NCBI GenBank assembly: GCA_038208905.1
Contig: JBBQYG010000023.1
Span: 1-35,012, forward strand
Length of the DNA: 35,012 nt
Reading direction: 5' to 3'
Origin: Candidatus Sumerlaeia bacterium
GTDB taxonomy: Bacteria; Sumerlaeota; Sumerlaeia; SLMS01
Positions 1 to 8,568 of the stretch are shown piece by piece (position 1 is the stretch's first letter; each line of letters begins with the position of its first letter). A program made the position numbers and the translations under genes. The notes beneath the pieces were generated by a model. That model was not told the DNA's origin. It saw nothing but the letters and a program-made list of their open reading frames with translations, and made no database searches.

Positions 1-2
1 GC

Positions 3-893
3 ACGCCGCGGTGCGCCCTCGCGGTGGAGCAGCTTTTCCGCGACGCGGGCGCACCGGTTGGCGTTCTGACCAACCTCTTCGCATCGAACGAGCAGGCCGC
101 CCGTATCATCGCCGACAGCCGCGTGGCGGGCGTGACGCTGACCGGCAGCACGCGCGCCGGCAAGCAGGTCGCCGCAATCGCCGGTGCGCATCTCAAGAAG
201 ACCGTCCTGGAACTCGGCGGCAGCGACCCGTTCATCGTGCTCCCCGATGCCGACATCGGGGAGGCTGCCCGCGTGGCTGTGCAGTCGCGCTGCCTCAACG
301 GCGGCCAGAGCTGCATCTCCGCCAAGCGGTTCATCGTTCACAAGCGTATATACAAAGAGTTCGCGGATCTGTTTCTCGCGGGCATGACCGCCCGCGTCGT
401 CGGCGATCCGCGCGATCCCGCCACCAACATCGGACCGATGGCGAGGCGCGATCTTCGGGACGGCCTCGCGGATCAGGTCCGTCGCGCGGTGGGTGAGGGC
501 GCGCGCCTCCTCCTCGGCGGCGAGGTCCCCGCCCGCCGCGGCTTCTACTATGCGCCAACCGTCCTTGTGGATGTCAGGCCCGGCATGGCCGCCTGGGAGG
601 AGGAATTCTTCGGCCCCGTCGCGCTGCTGCTCCCTTGCGACTCCGCCGACCACGCCGTCGAGCTCGCCAACTCCACGCCGTATGGCCTTGGCGCCAGCCT
701 TTGGACATCGGATCGCGCTCTCGCCCATGACCTCGCCGGCCGCATCGAATCCGGAGGAGTCTTTGTCAACGGCCTCGTGAAGTCCGACCCGCGCCTCCCC
801 TTTGGCGGCATCAGGGAATCAGGCCACGGCCGCGAACTTGGCCGGGAAGGGATGCTGGAGTTTGTGAATGCGAAGACGGTGTGGATCAGGTAG
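3..893 (+). CDS. sad: NAD(P)-dependent succinate-semialdehyde dehydrogenase (Sad/GabD1-type ALDH), 5'-truncated by window edge
   Basis: Frame is open from nt 3. ALDH motifs: LTGSTRAG, ELGGSDPFIV, catalytic Cys in GQSCISAKRF, EEFFGPV, PFGGIRESGHGRELG. Confidence 0.85.
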   Translation, partial: TPRCALAVEQLFRDAGAPVGVLTNLFASNEQAARIIADSRVAGVTLTGSTRAGKQVAAIAGAHLKKTVLELGGSDPFIVLPDADIGEAARVAVQSRCLNGGQSCISAKRFIVHKRIYKEFADLFLAGMTARVVGDPRDPATNIGPMARRDLRDGLADQVRRAVGEGARLLLGGEVPARRGFYYAPTVLVDVRPGMAAWEEEFFGPVALLLPCDSADHAVELANSTPYGLGASLWTSDRALAHDLAGRIESGGVFVNGLVKSDPRLPFGGIRESGHGRELGREGMLEFVNAKTVWIR

Positions 894-897
894 AATG

Positions 898-965
898 GCG
901 GGAACAGCGGTAACGGCGGGAAAAGCGGAGGAAAACGCATTTTCCGCCGTTACCGCTGTTCCCGC
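898..965. terminator. 22-bp perfect inverted repeat built from 9-bp units, between convergent genes; likely bidirectional terminator or REP-like element
   Basis: GCGGGAACAGCGGTAACGGCGG (898-919) is the exact reverse complement of CCGCCGTTACCGCTGTTCCCGC (944-965), which is followed by TTTT. Confidence 0.7.
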
Positions 966-981
966 TTTTCCCTCTCCCCCG

Positions 982-3669
982 TCAATTCGTCATCACCACA
1001 TCCAGCACGGTTTCCTTGCCGCCCTCCAGGCTGACGCTGATCACGCGGGCGGGATAGCGGTTGAGCTGGTCGTTGACCCGAACATCGAAAGTGCCGGTCG
1101 AGAAGAAATCGCCGCGGTATCGCCCCTGCCCATCGACGAAGAGTGTCTGGCCCGCCACGCGGAGGATCACATTGTCGAGGCCGTTGCCCGCGCCGTCCTT
1201 CACGGTTCCCGCCAGGATGGCGCCCTGCTCCATGCGGATCTCGCCAGCCTGATAGGTCTGTTGCGCAGCAAAGCTGACGTCAATGGACTGAGTCGTGCGC
1301 CCCTGCGCTTGCAGCTTGAGCACCGCCGCGCCCGCCGGAAGTCCCGTCATGCGGAAAATTCCCGAGGCATCGCTCCACGTCTTGAAGTCGAGCGTGCTGA
1401 GCGGATGATTCGCCGGGCTACCGGCGGGAGCAACGGCGCGCACCTCGACGCCCGCCAGCGGCTGGCCCGACTCCGCGCGCACGCAGAAGCCCTCCACGCT
1501 CGCGCCCGACCCGACCATGATGTCCCCCAATTGGCCGACACCGCCGGGAGGCACCACGACGTCGGGCACTTCCTTCGTCCCAATGTCCGGCACCGAGACC
1601 GAGAGAGTCGCGATGCCCGAGATCAGGTTGTCCACGCGCACGGATCCGGTGGAGGTGGTGAATCGGCGCGAGTACTGCATGCCGATCTGTTCCCGCGTCC
1701 CGCCCGCTCCCGCGGCGCCGGTATCGTCCACGCGGACGCCGACGGTGAACTCCTTGTGGGGATTCCCCGACTGATCCACCACACGGATGTCGAGCGCCTG
1801 GCTAAGATCGTAGATCACATAGACCTTCTCGCCGCCTGCCCTCGCGAAGGGATATGTATAGTTGGCCGGAATCCACAAATCGCCGCGCAGCATCGAACTC
1901 CCGATCGTCAGCACATAGTCGCCGCTCGGCAAATCGTCGAACTTGAAACCGCCCTTGACGTCGGTCGTCATGAAGCCGGCTCCGCCTCCACCGGCGCGCC
2001 CGATGCTGATGTTGCTCCCCGCGAGCGGCGTCCCCCGGTCGTCCACCACCACGCCAAACACGCGGCCTTCCTTTGCCTCGTCGCTGCTTTCAAGTTTCAG
2101 GTCGCCGGTTTGAAATCCAGCGGCGGGTATGTCGAAGGTAAACTTCTCCGAGACGAAACCCTCCGCCGAAACCGTCAGCTCGATGCTCCCCGGCTCGACG
2201 CCGCGCAGCTCGAATGTTCCCGGTTCCGCCGTGACCGCGTTTGGCAGCTTGAGGTTGAATCGCTGGAAAATCACCTTGGTTTCGGCAAAGCCGCCCGACA
2301 CCGCGACATCGGCCTCCGGGATCGGTATCCCTTCCGTGTCAACGATTCGCCCGGAGACGACCGCCCCGGAGGCGAGGCGCACCTCGATCTCACCGCTCAT
2401 ATTTGCGGGATCCTGCGGCACGCTGAACGCGGGAAGGAAACCCTCCTTGTGGGCGATCACGCGGAACGGCGCCGTTACCCCGGCGGTCGGCGTGCCGAAC
2501 TCGAAGGTGCCGTCCCCCTTGGTTAGAACCCACTCCGAATTCTGGTAGGGATCGTTCCACAGCGCCTGACCGATCAGCGTGGTGTTGGCCTGCGGCTGCG
2601 GAGAGCCCGACGGGCTGTAGACCGTTCCTGCGATGCGCTGGCCGGGCTTGAGCGCGACTTCCACGCTGATCGGCGTCCCGCTCTCGGGAATCGTGAAGTT
2701 CTTCTCCCCCGCCTCGTAGCCAGTCGCCGTCACCTTGAGGTTGTAGGTGCCCGCCTGAAGCGGGAACAGAGTGAACGATCCATCCGCCCCGCTGTACAGC
2801 GAGCCCAGGCTCTTGCCGTTCTGGAGCGCGTCCACCAGCGCCCCCTCCACGGCGGCGCCCGATCCCTCGCGCACGATGCGGCCCTGCAACGGCTCGGCGG
2901 GCGGCACCACGAAGTCCACCTCGGCCCAGCTGCCATCTTCTCGCAGATTCACCGAGCGATACGCATTGGGCGCCGCTGGCTGAAGGAGCGACACCGTGTA
3001 GGTTCCCGCCGCAAGCTGCTCGAAGCGGAACAGCCCCGCGTCGTCCGTCGTCGTCTGAAGCTGATAGCCGCTGGGTCCGCCGCCCAGAACGATCACGGCG
3101 CCGAGAAAGGGTTCCTCTCCGCGCACCACGCGCCCGGAGACTCCACCTTCGCCATCGCCGCCCGTGTTGTCGTCACCGCTGGGGTTGTCGTCGTTCACCC
3201 CGTCGGTGCGGGGAAGGCCCGTCGCGGGATCGATGTTTCCGCCGCGCGGGCCGACGCCGCCGCGTGGATTGCTCCCGTTCAGGGGGAGCCCATCGGGACC
3301 AAGCCCCGCTACGTCAACGCCGCTCCCGCCGGGGCCCTGGCCATTGCGACCATGCCCGGCCAGCACACCCGAGGTCGCCTCGTCGCCGGACTCCGTTCCT
3401 AGCGGCAGCGGGTTTCCGTCGGCGTCGCGGGCGATGGTCGCGTCGTTGCCCGAGCGCGCGGAGCCCGGCTGATCGAGCTCGGCTCCCGGTGCTGCCTTGC
3501 CATCGCGGCTCTTGCCGACACGCGTCGGATTGCCTTGGGAATCCAGGACGACGATGGGGGCGGCGCGGTCGATGTCGCTCCGGCCACGCATGATCATGGC
3601 TACGCCGATTCCGAGGATGGCCACCGCCAGAAGTGCGAGCGCGAGTTGTTGGGCTTTGCGATTTTGCAT
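982..3669 (-). CDS. Membrane-anchored protein with multiple carboxypeptidase-regulatory-like (transthyretin/CnaB-like beta-sandwich) repeats
   Basis: N-terminal hydrophobic anchor (LALALLAVAILGIGVAMIM) and Gly/Asp/Pro-rich disordered linker. About 7 repeats of GxVxDxxGxPxxGAxV...TDxxGxFxxxxLxxGxYxLxV. Confidence 0.8.
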   Translation of the reverse strand: MQNRKAQQLALALLAVAILGIGVAMIMRGRSDIDRAAPIVVLDSQGNPTRVGKSRDGKAAPGAELDQPGSARSGNDATIARDADGNPLPLGTESGDEATSGVLAGHGRNGQGPGGSGVDVAGLGPDGLPLNGSNPRGGVGPRGGNIDPATGLPRTDGVNDDNPSGDDNTGGDGEGGVSGRVVRGEEPFLGAVIVLGGGPSGYQLQTTTDDAGLFRFEQLAAGTYTVSLLQPAAPNAYRSVNLREDGSWAEVDFVVPPAEPLQGRIVREGSGAAVEGALVDALQNGKSLGSLYSGADGSFTLFPLQAGTYNLKVTATGYEAGEKNFTIPESGTPISVEVALKPGQRIAGTVYSPSGSPQPQANTTLIGQALWNDPYQNSEWVLTKGDGTFEFGTPTAGVTAPFRVIAHKEGFLPAFSVPQDPANMSGEIEVRLASGAVVSGRIVDTEGIPIPEADVAVSGGFAETKVIFQRFNLKLPNAVTAEPGTFELRGVEPGSIELTVSAEGFVSEKFTFDIPAAGFQTGDLKLESSDEAKEGRVFGVVVDDRGTPLAGSNISIGRAGGGGAGFMTTDVKGGFKFDDLPSGDYVLTIGSSMLRGDLWIPANYTYPFARAGGEKVYVIYDLSQALDIRVVDQSGNPHKEFTVGVRVDDTGAAGAGGTREQIGMQYSRRFTTSTGSVRVDNLISGIATLSVSVPDIGTKEVPDVVVPPGGVGQLGDIMVGSGASVEGFCVRAESGQPLAGVEVRAVAPAGSPANHPLSTLDFKTWSDASGIFRMTGLPAGAAVLKLQAQGRTTQSIDVSFAAQQTYQAGEIRMEQGAILAGTVKDGAGNGLDNVILRVAGQTLFVDGQGRYRGDFFSTGTFDVRVNDQLNRYPARVISVSLEGGKETVLDVVMTN

Positions 3670-3778
3670 GGTTGATTAGGACTGCTCATTCTCCCCCGGG
3701 GTTATATGGCGATTTCGCCGGGCCCAAAATCAACAGGAATGAAACCAGTGGTCAGCGCCGGCGACGGCGCTCCTTTGC

Positions 3779-5956
3779 TCACGGCGCGGCGGCGGGAACG
3801 GTTCCCTTGTCCACCATCCAGACCCGATACGAAGGGGGCGCCTCGGGGCGGTAGGGGTTCATCACCTCGATGGGCGTGACGTTGGGGAACATCTTCGCAA
3901 CCTGCTCTCCATAGGTGGTGAGAAAGTCCGCGTGTACAGCGTAGGCCGTCCGCGGGGCACTTTCCGACGGAGGCGGGATCGGCTGATCGGGCTCCATGAC
4001 GATGGTACGCGGAAACCCGGTGTCGTAAAGCTCCATCGCGCTTGTAAACATCTGCACACCGCTCGGCGCGATCAGGACCAGATGGTCCTCCCGGTGGAAG
4101 CCCCGCATCCAGTCCATGAAACCGATCGGCACCCACCCATAGAACGGATTGGAAAGGTCGTTGCGATAGCGCACGTGATAGTAGTCCACGTTGCGCCAGC
4201 CGATGAAGCCCACCCATACGACCATTGCCGCCACAAGGATCCATCGCCCCGCGCAGGGGAGCACCCGACCCACTCGACTGACCAGCCCGCCCAGCACCCA
4301 TCCGCACAGGATGGCGACAGCAGGAATCAGGATCAGCAGACGCGGCGCATACGGTGGAGCGGGGCTGATGCTGAGGAGGCTGCCGATCGCGGCGCCAAGC
4401 CCGACCCAGGCAAGCAGCAGCATCATCGCGCGCCTCCGGCGCCAGAGCGCGAAGCACCCCGCGAGCCCGAGCGCGATCAGCGCCGCCGTGTCGCGCGTCG
4501 CCATCGGCTCGGCCCGGGCGTACTCGTAGTTGCTGCTCGCGTCAGGCCACAGCAGAACACCGCCAAGCGCCGGCCATGCCATGTGGAGAATAAGCGCCGG
4601 CAGTGACTCCGTTCCAGTGACTTTGAACTGCACGGCCAAGTTTTCGCGCGTTAGGATCGAGACCGCGCTCGTGCGGTACTTCAACGCCGAGGGATCCTGG
4701 CGGTGGTGCGCGACCATAGGGGCCGCCGCGATCACGATACCCACCGCCACCCCCAGCAACATTGCCCATCGCCTTGCGAGCGCCCGTGGATCGCGAATGC
4801 CCTGCACCGCCAGCAGCAGCGCCAAGAGCGGCATCGCAAGCAGCGCCCCCTGGTATGTATAGATGCCAAGCCCCGCCAGCAGCCCCGCAACAAGGCCGAG
4901 CGATGCGCGACGCGACCTCCATCCGGCCAGCAGGCACAACGCGACTGCCGTCACCAGGAACAGCGCGTCCATGTTGTTCAGCGCCATGCGGGAGAACGCC
5001 ATGAAGACGTGCGATCCCGCCATCAGCAGTGCCGCGAACCATGCCGACATTCGACCGAACGCCCCCCGCGCAAGCAGGAAGGTCAGCCCGATCGTCGCCG
5101 CCGCCACCAGCAGCGTAAACAGGCGCGCGCCGTAGTAGGGGCGATCCGGAAACAGGTCGCGCATCAGCGACCGCGGAATGCCGGATAAGAACGGCTGGAA
5201 CAGCGACATCCACACCGGCGCATTGTGGATCGCCTCATCCTTGGGGAACAGGTAGGTGATGCGTCCGTACTGCACCAGCATCGACTCGTCGCCGTGAAAG
5301 AACCCGGGGCGCGTGTCCAGGCTGATTTGGTTTCCCGCAATCCAAAGCACTAGGAAGAGCGCCAGCCACGGCGCGTCGCGCCGCCAGATCGGCAACCCAT
5401 CCTGGAATCGCCCGAAACCGAAATCGCAAAACCAGCCGCGCCGGCGGCGAGTCGCCTCCAGCAGTGCGGCGCCGACGGGGAGCAGGATCACCGCGAGGAT
5501 GAGCGTCATCCCCTGGCCCAGCCCGCGCGGGCTGTGCATCGCGCAATAAACCGTGTACCACAGCAGCACCGCACCCGCCGCCAGTGCCACCCCCGCGCCC
5601 ACACGGAGCGCCAGGGCGCGGCGCCCGCTAACGCGCGCCACCGCCGGACGGCGCGAGGCCGCTTCCGGCACCGGATTCAGCGCGGCGCGAAGTCCCAGAC
5701 TTCCCAACACGAAGAGCGCCAGCCCCGCCAGCACGCCGAGGATCGGCCAGCGGTTCCCCGCGGCGAAGTCGGCGAAGTCCTGGTTCAGCCGCGACTCGAT
5801 ATGGCAGAAACCAATCAGGCAGAGCGCGAATCCAATGACGGCGCATGGCAGGAGTGAATCGCGCCGCCTGTGCCTCGGCGGAACGTCGCTCGGCTTTTCT
5901 GGCGCAGCGGTCAATGGGGGGTCAGTAGGGTGAGCTGCGTGGCGTGTTGCTTGCAC
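3779..5956 (-). CDS. Polytopic GT-C glycosyltransferase (family 39 / ArnT-PMT-like); start uncertain
   Basis: Many TM segments. PGFFHGDE acidic loop, ARLFTLL, FSRMALNN and GLGIYTY are typical of PMT_2/ArnT-like proteins. The listed GTG start overlaps the upstream gene by 35 nt. Confidence 0.75.
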   Translation of the reverse strand: MQATRHAAHPTDPPLTAAPEKPSDVPPRHRRRDSLLPCAVIGFALCLIGFCHIESRLNQDFADFAAGNRWPILGVLAGLALFVLGSLGLRAALNPVPEAASRRPAVARVSGRRALALRVGAGVALAAGAVLLWYTVYCAMHSPRGLGQGMTLILAVILLPVGAALLEATRRRRGWFCDFGFGRFQDGLPIWRRDAPWLALFLVLWIAGNQISLDTRPGFFHGDESMLVQYGRITYLFPKDEAIHNAPVWMSLFQPFLSGIPRSLMRDLFPDRPYYGARLFTLLVAAATIGLTFLLARGAFGRMSAWFAALLMAGSHVFMAFSRMALNNMDALFLVTAVALCLLAGWRSRRASLGLVAGLLAGLGIYTYQGALLAMPLLALLLAVQGIRDPRALARRWAMLLGVAVGIVIAAAPMVAHHRQDPSALKYRTSAVSILTRENLAVQFKVTGTESLPALILHMAWPALGGVLLWPDASSNYEYARAEPMATRDTAALIALGLAGCFALWRRRRAMMLLLAWVGLGAAIGSLLSISPAPPYAPRLLILIPAVAILCGWVLGGLVSRVGRVLPCAGRWILVAAMVVWVGFIGWRNVDYYHVRYRNDLSNPFYGWVPIGFMDWMRGFHREDHLVLIAPSGVQMFTSAMELYDTGFPRTIVMEPDQPIPPPSESAPRTAYAVHADFLTTYGEQVAKMFPNVTPIEVMNPYRPEAPPSYRVWMVDKGTVPAAAP

Positions 5957-6497
5957 GGCACTCGTCGCAGATGCCTTCGCCCGTCAGCGGAACCATGAAG
6001 ACGGAGTGGCACTGCGCGCAGATGTACTTCTTCTCGTACTTCTTCTGCTGCCGACCGTTGCGCATCTGCTGGAGTTCGCGCAGCATCACCGTGGAGGTTT
6101 CCTTCATGTTGTCGTGCAGCACCTGGCCGATCCGCGGCGGCAGCGCGTCGGGAAACTTCTCCCGCAACTCCTTCAGCGCCTTGCCTGCGGTGTTCACCCG
6201 GGCGATGATGTCGGAGAATTCCATTAGCACCTTCATGTCCGCTTTCTCCATCGACATGGAGGGCGCCTTGCAAAGCTGCTCGTACTTGCTCAGGGGCCGG
6301 TCAACGGAGGGCGGCATCGCGCGCACCGTCTCGTCATCCGGATCAATTTCCGGCAACACGGGGGCCGGTCCCGCGGAGGGCTTGGGCTTGGCCGCCTCGA
6401 TCTCGTGCAGAGCCTTCACCCAGTCCGAGGTCTCACCATCCGCGGACTCGTCGAGCGTGACGCGCGTGGGAAAGTTTGGAGTCTGATTATCGGCCAC
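5922..6497 (-). CDS. Hypothetical protein: helical domain plus C-terminal CxxC-x14-CxxC zinc ribbon
   Basis: GTG start preceded by AAGGGG, overlapping the upstream stop. Host-like codon usage. CAQC...CDEC motif. Paralogous to the 6487-6852 product. Confidence 0.8.
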   Translation of the reverse strand: MADNQTPNFPTRVTLDESADGETSDWVKALHEIEAAKPKPSAGPAPVLPEIDPDDETVRAMPPSVDRPLSKYEQLCKAPSMSMEKADMKVLMEFSDIIARVNTAGKALKELREKFPDALPPRIGQVLHDNMKETSTVMLRELQQMRNGRQQKKYEKKYICAQCHSVFMVPLTGEGICDECRASNTPRSSPY

Positions 6498-6852
6498 CGG
6501 TGGCCCCCTTGCGGCCCAACTCGCGCTCCATCAGCAATGCGGTTTCCTTCAGATTGTCCTCCCACATGCGGAAGACATTGGGGGCGATCAGATACGGATG
6601 CGCCGCCGTGAATACCGCCAGCGCCTCTCGGGCTACCTTCACATCGGCGATCACCTGGCCCATGGCCGACTCCAACGTCATGGCTTTCTGGACCGGTGCG
6701 GCGGGGGGCCTGGCGGCGGGCGGCGACGCGGGCTTGGCGCGCGGGGCGCCCTCCAAATCGCGAATCGCCTGAGCCCACGAATCCGGCGTCAACGCCGGAC
6801 CGCCCATGTCCACCTTAAACTCCACCGTCTCGTCCTTGTCGCTCGCCGCCAT
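6487..6852 (-). CDS. Hypothetical protein, paralogue of the downstream gene without the zinc ribbon
   Basis: GAGGTG SD-like site lies about 10 nt before ATG 6852 (alternative start 6861). 18/55 ungapped identities with its neighbour by manual alignment. Confidence 0.75.
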   Translation of the reverse strand: MAASDKDETVEFKVDMGGPALTPDSWAQAIRDLEGAPRAKPASPPAARPPAAPVQKAMTLESAMGQVIADVKVAREALAVFTAAHPYLIAPNVFRMWEDNLKETALLMERELGRKGATGGR

Positions 6853-6970
6853 CGCCAGCATTCACCTCGTGAGGGTGTGCCACCCCAAGGGGTGGCGCGT
6901 TGAAAACAATTAGGATAGCCGTCCCCCCGCTGGCAACCTCTGTTTCGAGGCCAGTTGCCCCACGGGTGGC

Positions 6971-7090
6971 ATGGACGGCATGGACGTGATAGACTTGATG
7001 GAAGGCGTTCCCCCGCATTTCCCGCTTTCCCCGCCGTTCCCGTTGTTCCCCGCCGTTCCCGTTGTTCCCTGCCTCTCTCTGCCTTTCCCG
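6971..7090. repeat. Composite intergenic short tandem repeat array: (ATGGACnnn)x4 followed by (TTCCCGCnn)-like 9-10-mers
   Basis: atggacggc atggacgtg atagacttg atggaaggc, then atttcccgc tttccccgc cgttcccgt tgttccccgc cgttcccgt tgttccctgc. Confidence 0.7.
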
Positions 7091-7096
7091 GCCGCA

Positions 7097-7654
7097 TCAT
7101 TTCCCCCTCAGTCGATCCAAGATGATCCCGGCGGCGGCCCTCACTGAAAGGTGGTTCCACTCCCCCGGACCATAGATCGGCTCCAGCATCAGGTCCATCT
7201 CCTCCATCAGTTCCGGGTGCAGGCCCCAGCCGGTACCGAAGACGATCAGAAAGGGCGTCTCGGGCTCCGTGTCGATGCGGGCCCGGAGCGCCGCGTAGCT
7301 GACCGTGTTGCTAACCGGCGCGGCATGGGTTCCCACGAGGATCGGTGGCCGCCCCTCCCGCGATTCGATCAGTCGGGCCACCTCTCCCAGATCATCCACA
7401 AGTTCCGTCCGCGCCAGCGACTCCTTGCGCGAGGGGTTGTAGTGCGATCCCCAGCCCGCCGTCCAGTGGCGCAGCACCCGCCGGATGAACCGCTGCTGGG
7501 CCTCGTAGGGATGAACCAGCCACACGCACTCCGCCCCGTATGTCGTCCCCGCGCGGCTCAGGTCGTGGACGTCGAGATTCGTGACCGAGGTGCAGACCGC
7601 CTCTCCCCGCTTGTCGGTGATGGGATAGTGGACGAGCGCGACGTGAATGGACAT
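7097..7654 (-). CDS. Standalone SPOUT-class RNA methyltransferase (family often fused to or adjacent to TrmD)
   Basis: N-terminal ALVHYP...TSVTNLDVHDLSR; HWTAGWGSHYNPSRKESL; knot motifs FGTGWGL and LEPI...NHLSVRAAAGIILDRL. The start is placed at ATG 7654 (MSIHVALVHYP). Confidence 0.88.
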   Translation of the reverse strand: MSIHVALVHYPITDKRGEAVCTSVTNLDVHDLSRAGTTYGAECVWLVHPYEAQQRFIRRVLRHWTAGWGSHYNPSRKESLARTELVDDLGEVARLIESREGRPPILVGTHAAPVSNTVSYAALRARIDTEPETPFLIVFGTGWGLHPELMEEMDLMLEPIYGPGEWNHLSVRAAAGIILDRLRGK

Positions 7655-7799
7655 GGGCACCGTATCAATCGAGGATGCCCCCACCCTTCGCCGACGGGCG
7701 GGCCGGAGCAAGCGTTAGCAAGCCAACCGCACCGCCCGCACCACCCGGCGACACGATTCCTTTTGTGCTGGTTCCGCCCTCCTGCCCATCATCCTGCTC

Positions 7800-8513
7800 A
7801 TGGATGGATGGCGGAACGACAGCCTGCACGAATACTACCGCTCCGTGGCTATCGTCCACGGGGTCACGGCGATCATTGCCAAGATGTCGCTGGCGGTGGC
7901 CCTGTGGCTGGTGGCCGCGGGGAACCAGAAGCCCGGCTATCGCCTCCTGACCGGCGTTTTCCTCTGTCACTTCCTGACGGCTTCCCTTCTCGCCGTGGGC
8001 AGCACTTGGTACGCGGCCCCCGTCCTGATGGTCGCGCTGGCGATGGCGGCGGCGGCGGCCTACTCGCTGGTCAAGGAACCGGAGGTCGCGTGGATCCCCG
8101 TCCCCGATTCCGAAATCTGGCGACCCCTCGCGTGGATTGGATACGCCGTGGCAATGTTCCTGCCGCTGTGGACGATTCGCAGCCTCGGTCGCCCGATCGT
8201 CTACTCGCCGATCGGGATCCTGCCCCACCAGACCCTGCTGGCGCTGCTGATCCTCTCCGCGTCCAGCGGCAACGTCGGGTCCCGCGTCATCCGCATCGCC
8301 GTGGCCCCCGCGACCATTGTGCTGGGGCTGGTGGATGTCTTCATGGGTGATCGCATCATCGGCATCGTGCTGCTGGTCGCCTCCGCCGCGTACATCGCCT
8401 CGCGCCTGATTCCCGGATTGCGCATGGTGGAGTTCTCCGCAGAAGAACCCGATGAGCCAAAGCGCCAGGATGCGGAGCGGAAGACGTCCGGCAAAAAGTG
8501 GAACATTAAATAG
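7800..8513 (+). CDS. Hypothetical integral membrane protein (about 6-7 TM helices)
   Basis: Alternating hydrophobic segments and a charged C-terminal tail; tandem stops TAG TAA; no recognisable family motif. Confidence 0.7.
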   Translation: MDGWRNDSLHEYYRSVAIVHGVTAIIAKMSLAVALWLVAAGNQKPGYRLLTGVFLCHFLTASLLAVGSTWYAAPVLMVALAMAAAAAYSLVKEPEVAWIPVPDSEIWRPLAWIGYAVAMFLPLWTIRSLGRPIVYSPIGILPHQTLLALLILSASSGNVGSRVIRIAVAPATIVLGLVDVFMGDRIIGIVLLVASAAYIASRLIPGLRMVEFSAEEPDEPKRQDAERKTSGKKWNIK

Positions 8514-8516
8514 TAA

Positions 8517-8545
8517 GCGGGCCTCCCCAACGCCGAGAGGCCCGC
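8517..8545. terminator. Hairpin between convergent genes
   Basis: GCGGGCCTC (8517-8525) pairs with GAGGCCCGC (8537-8545); there is no clear U-tract. Confidence 0.4.
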
Positions 8546-8568
8546 CCAAGTTCGCGGCGCGTCCCGCT

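Noticed and set aside
868-2526. 552-aa plus-strand ORF and other long shadow ORFs (e.g. 9619-11640 +, 16005-17552 +, 22459-23913 +, 29966-32221 -, 12803-13750 -)
   Set aside because: They lie antisense to well-supported genes, are Arg/His/Ala-rich with no motifs, and are expected from stop-codon scarcity in GC-rich coding DNA.
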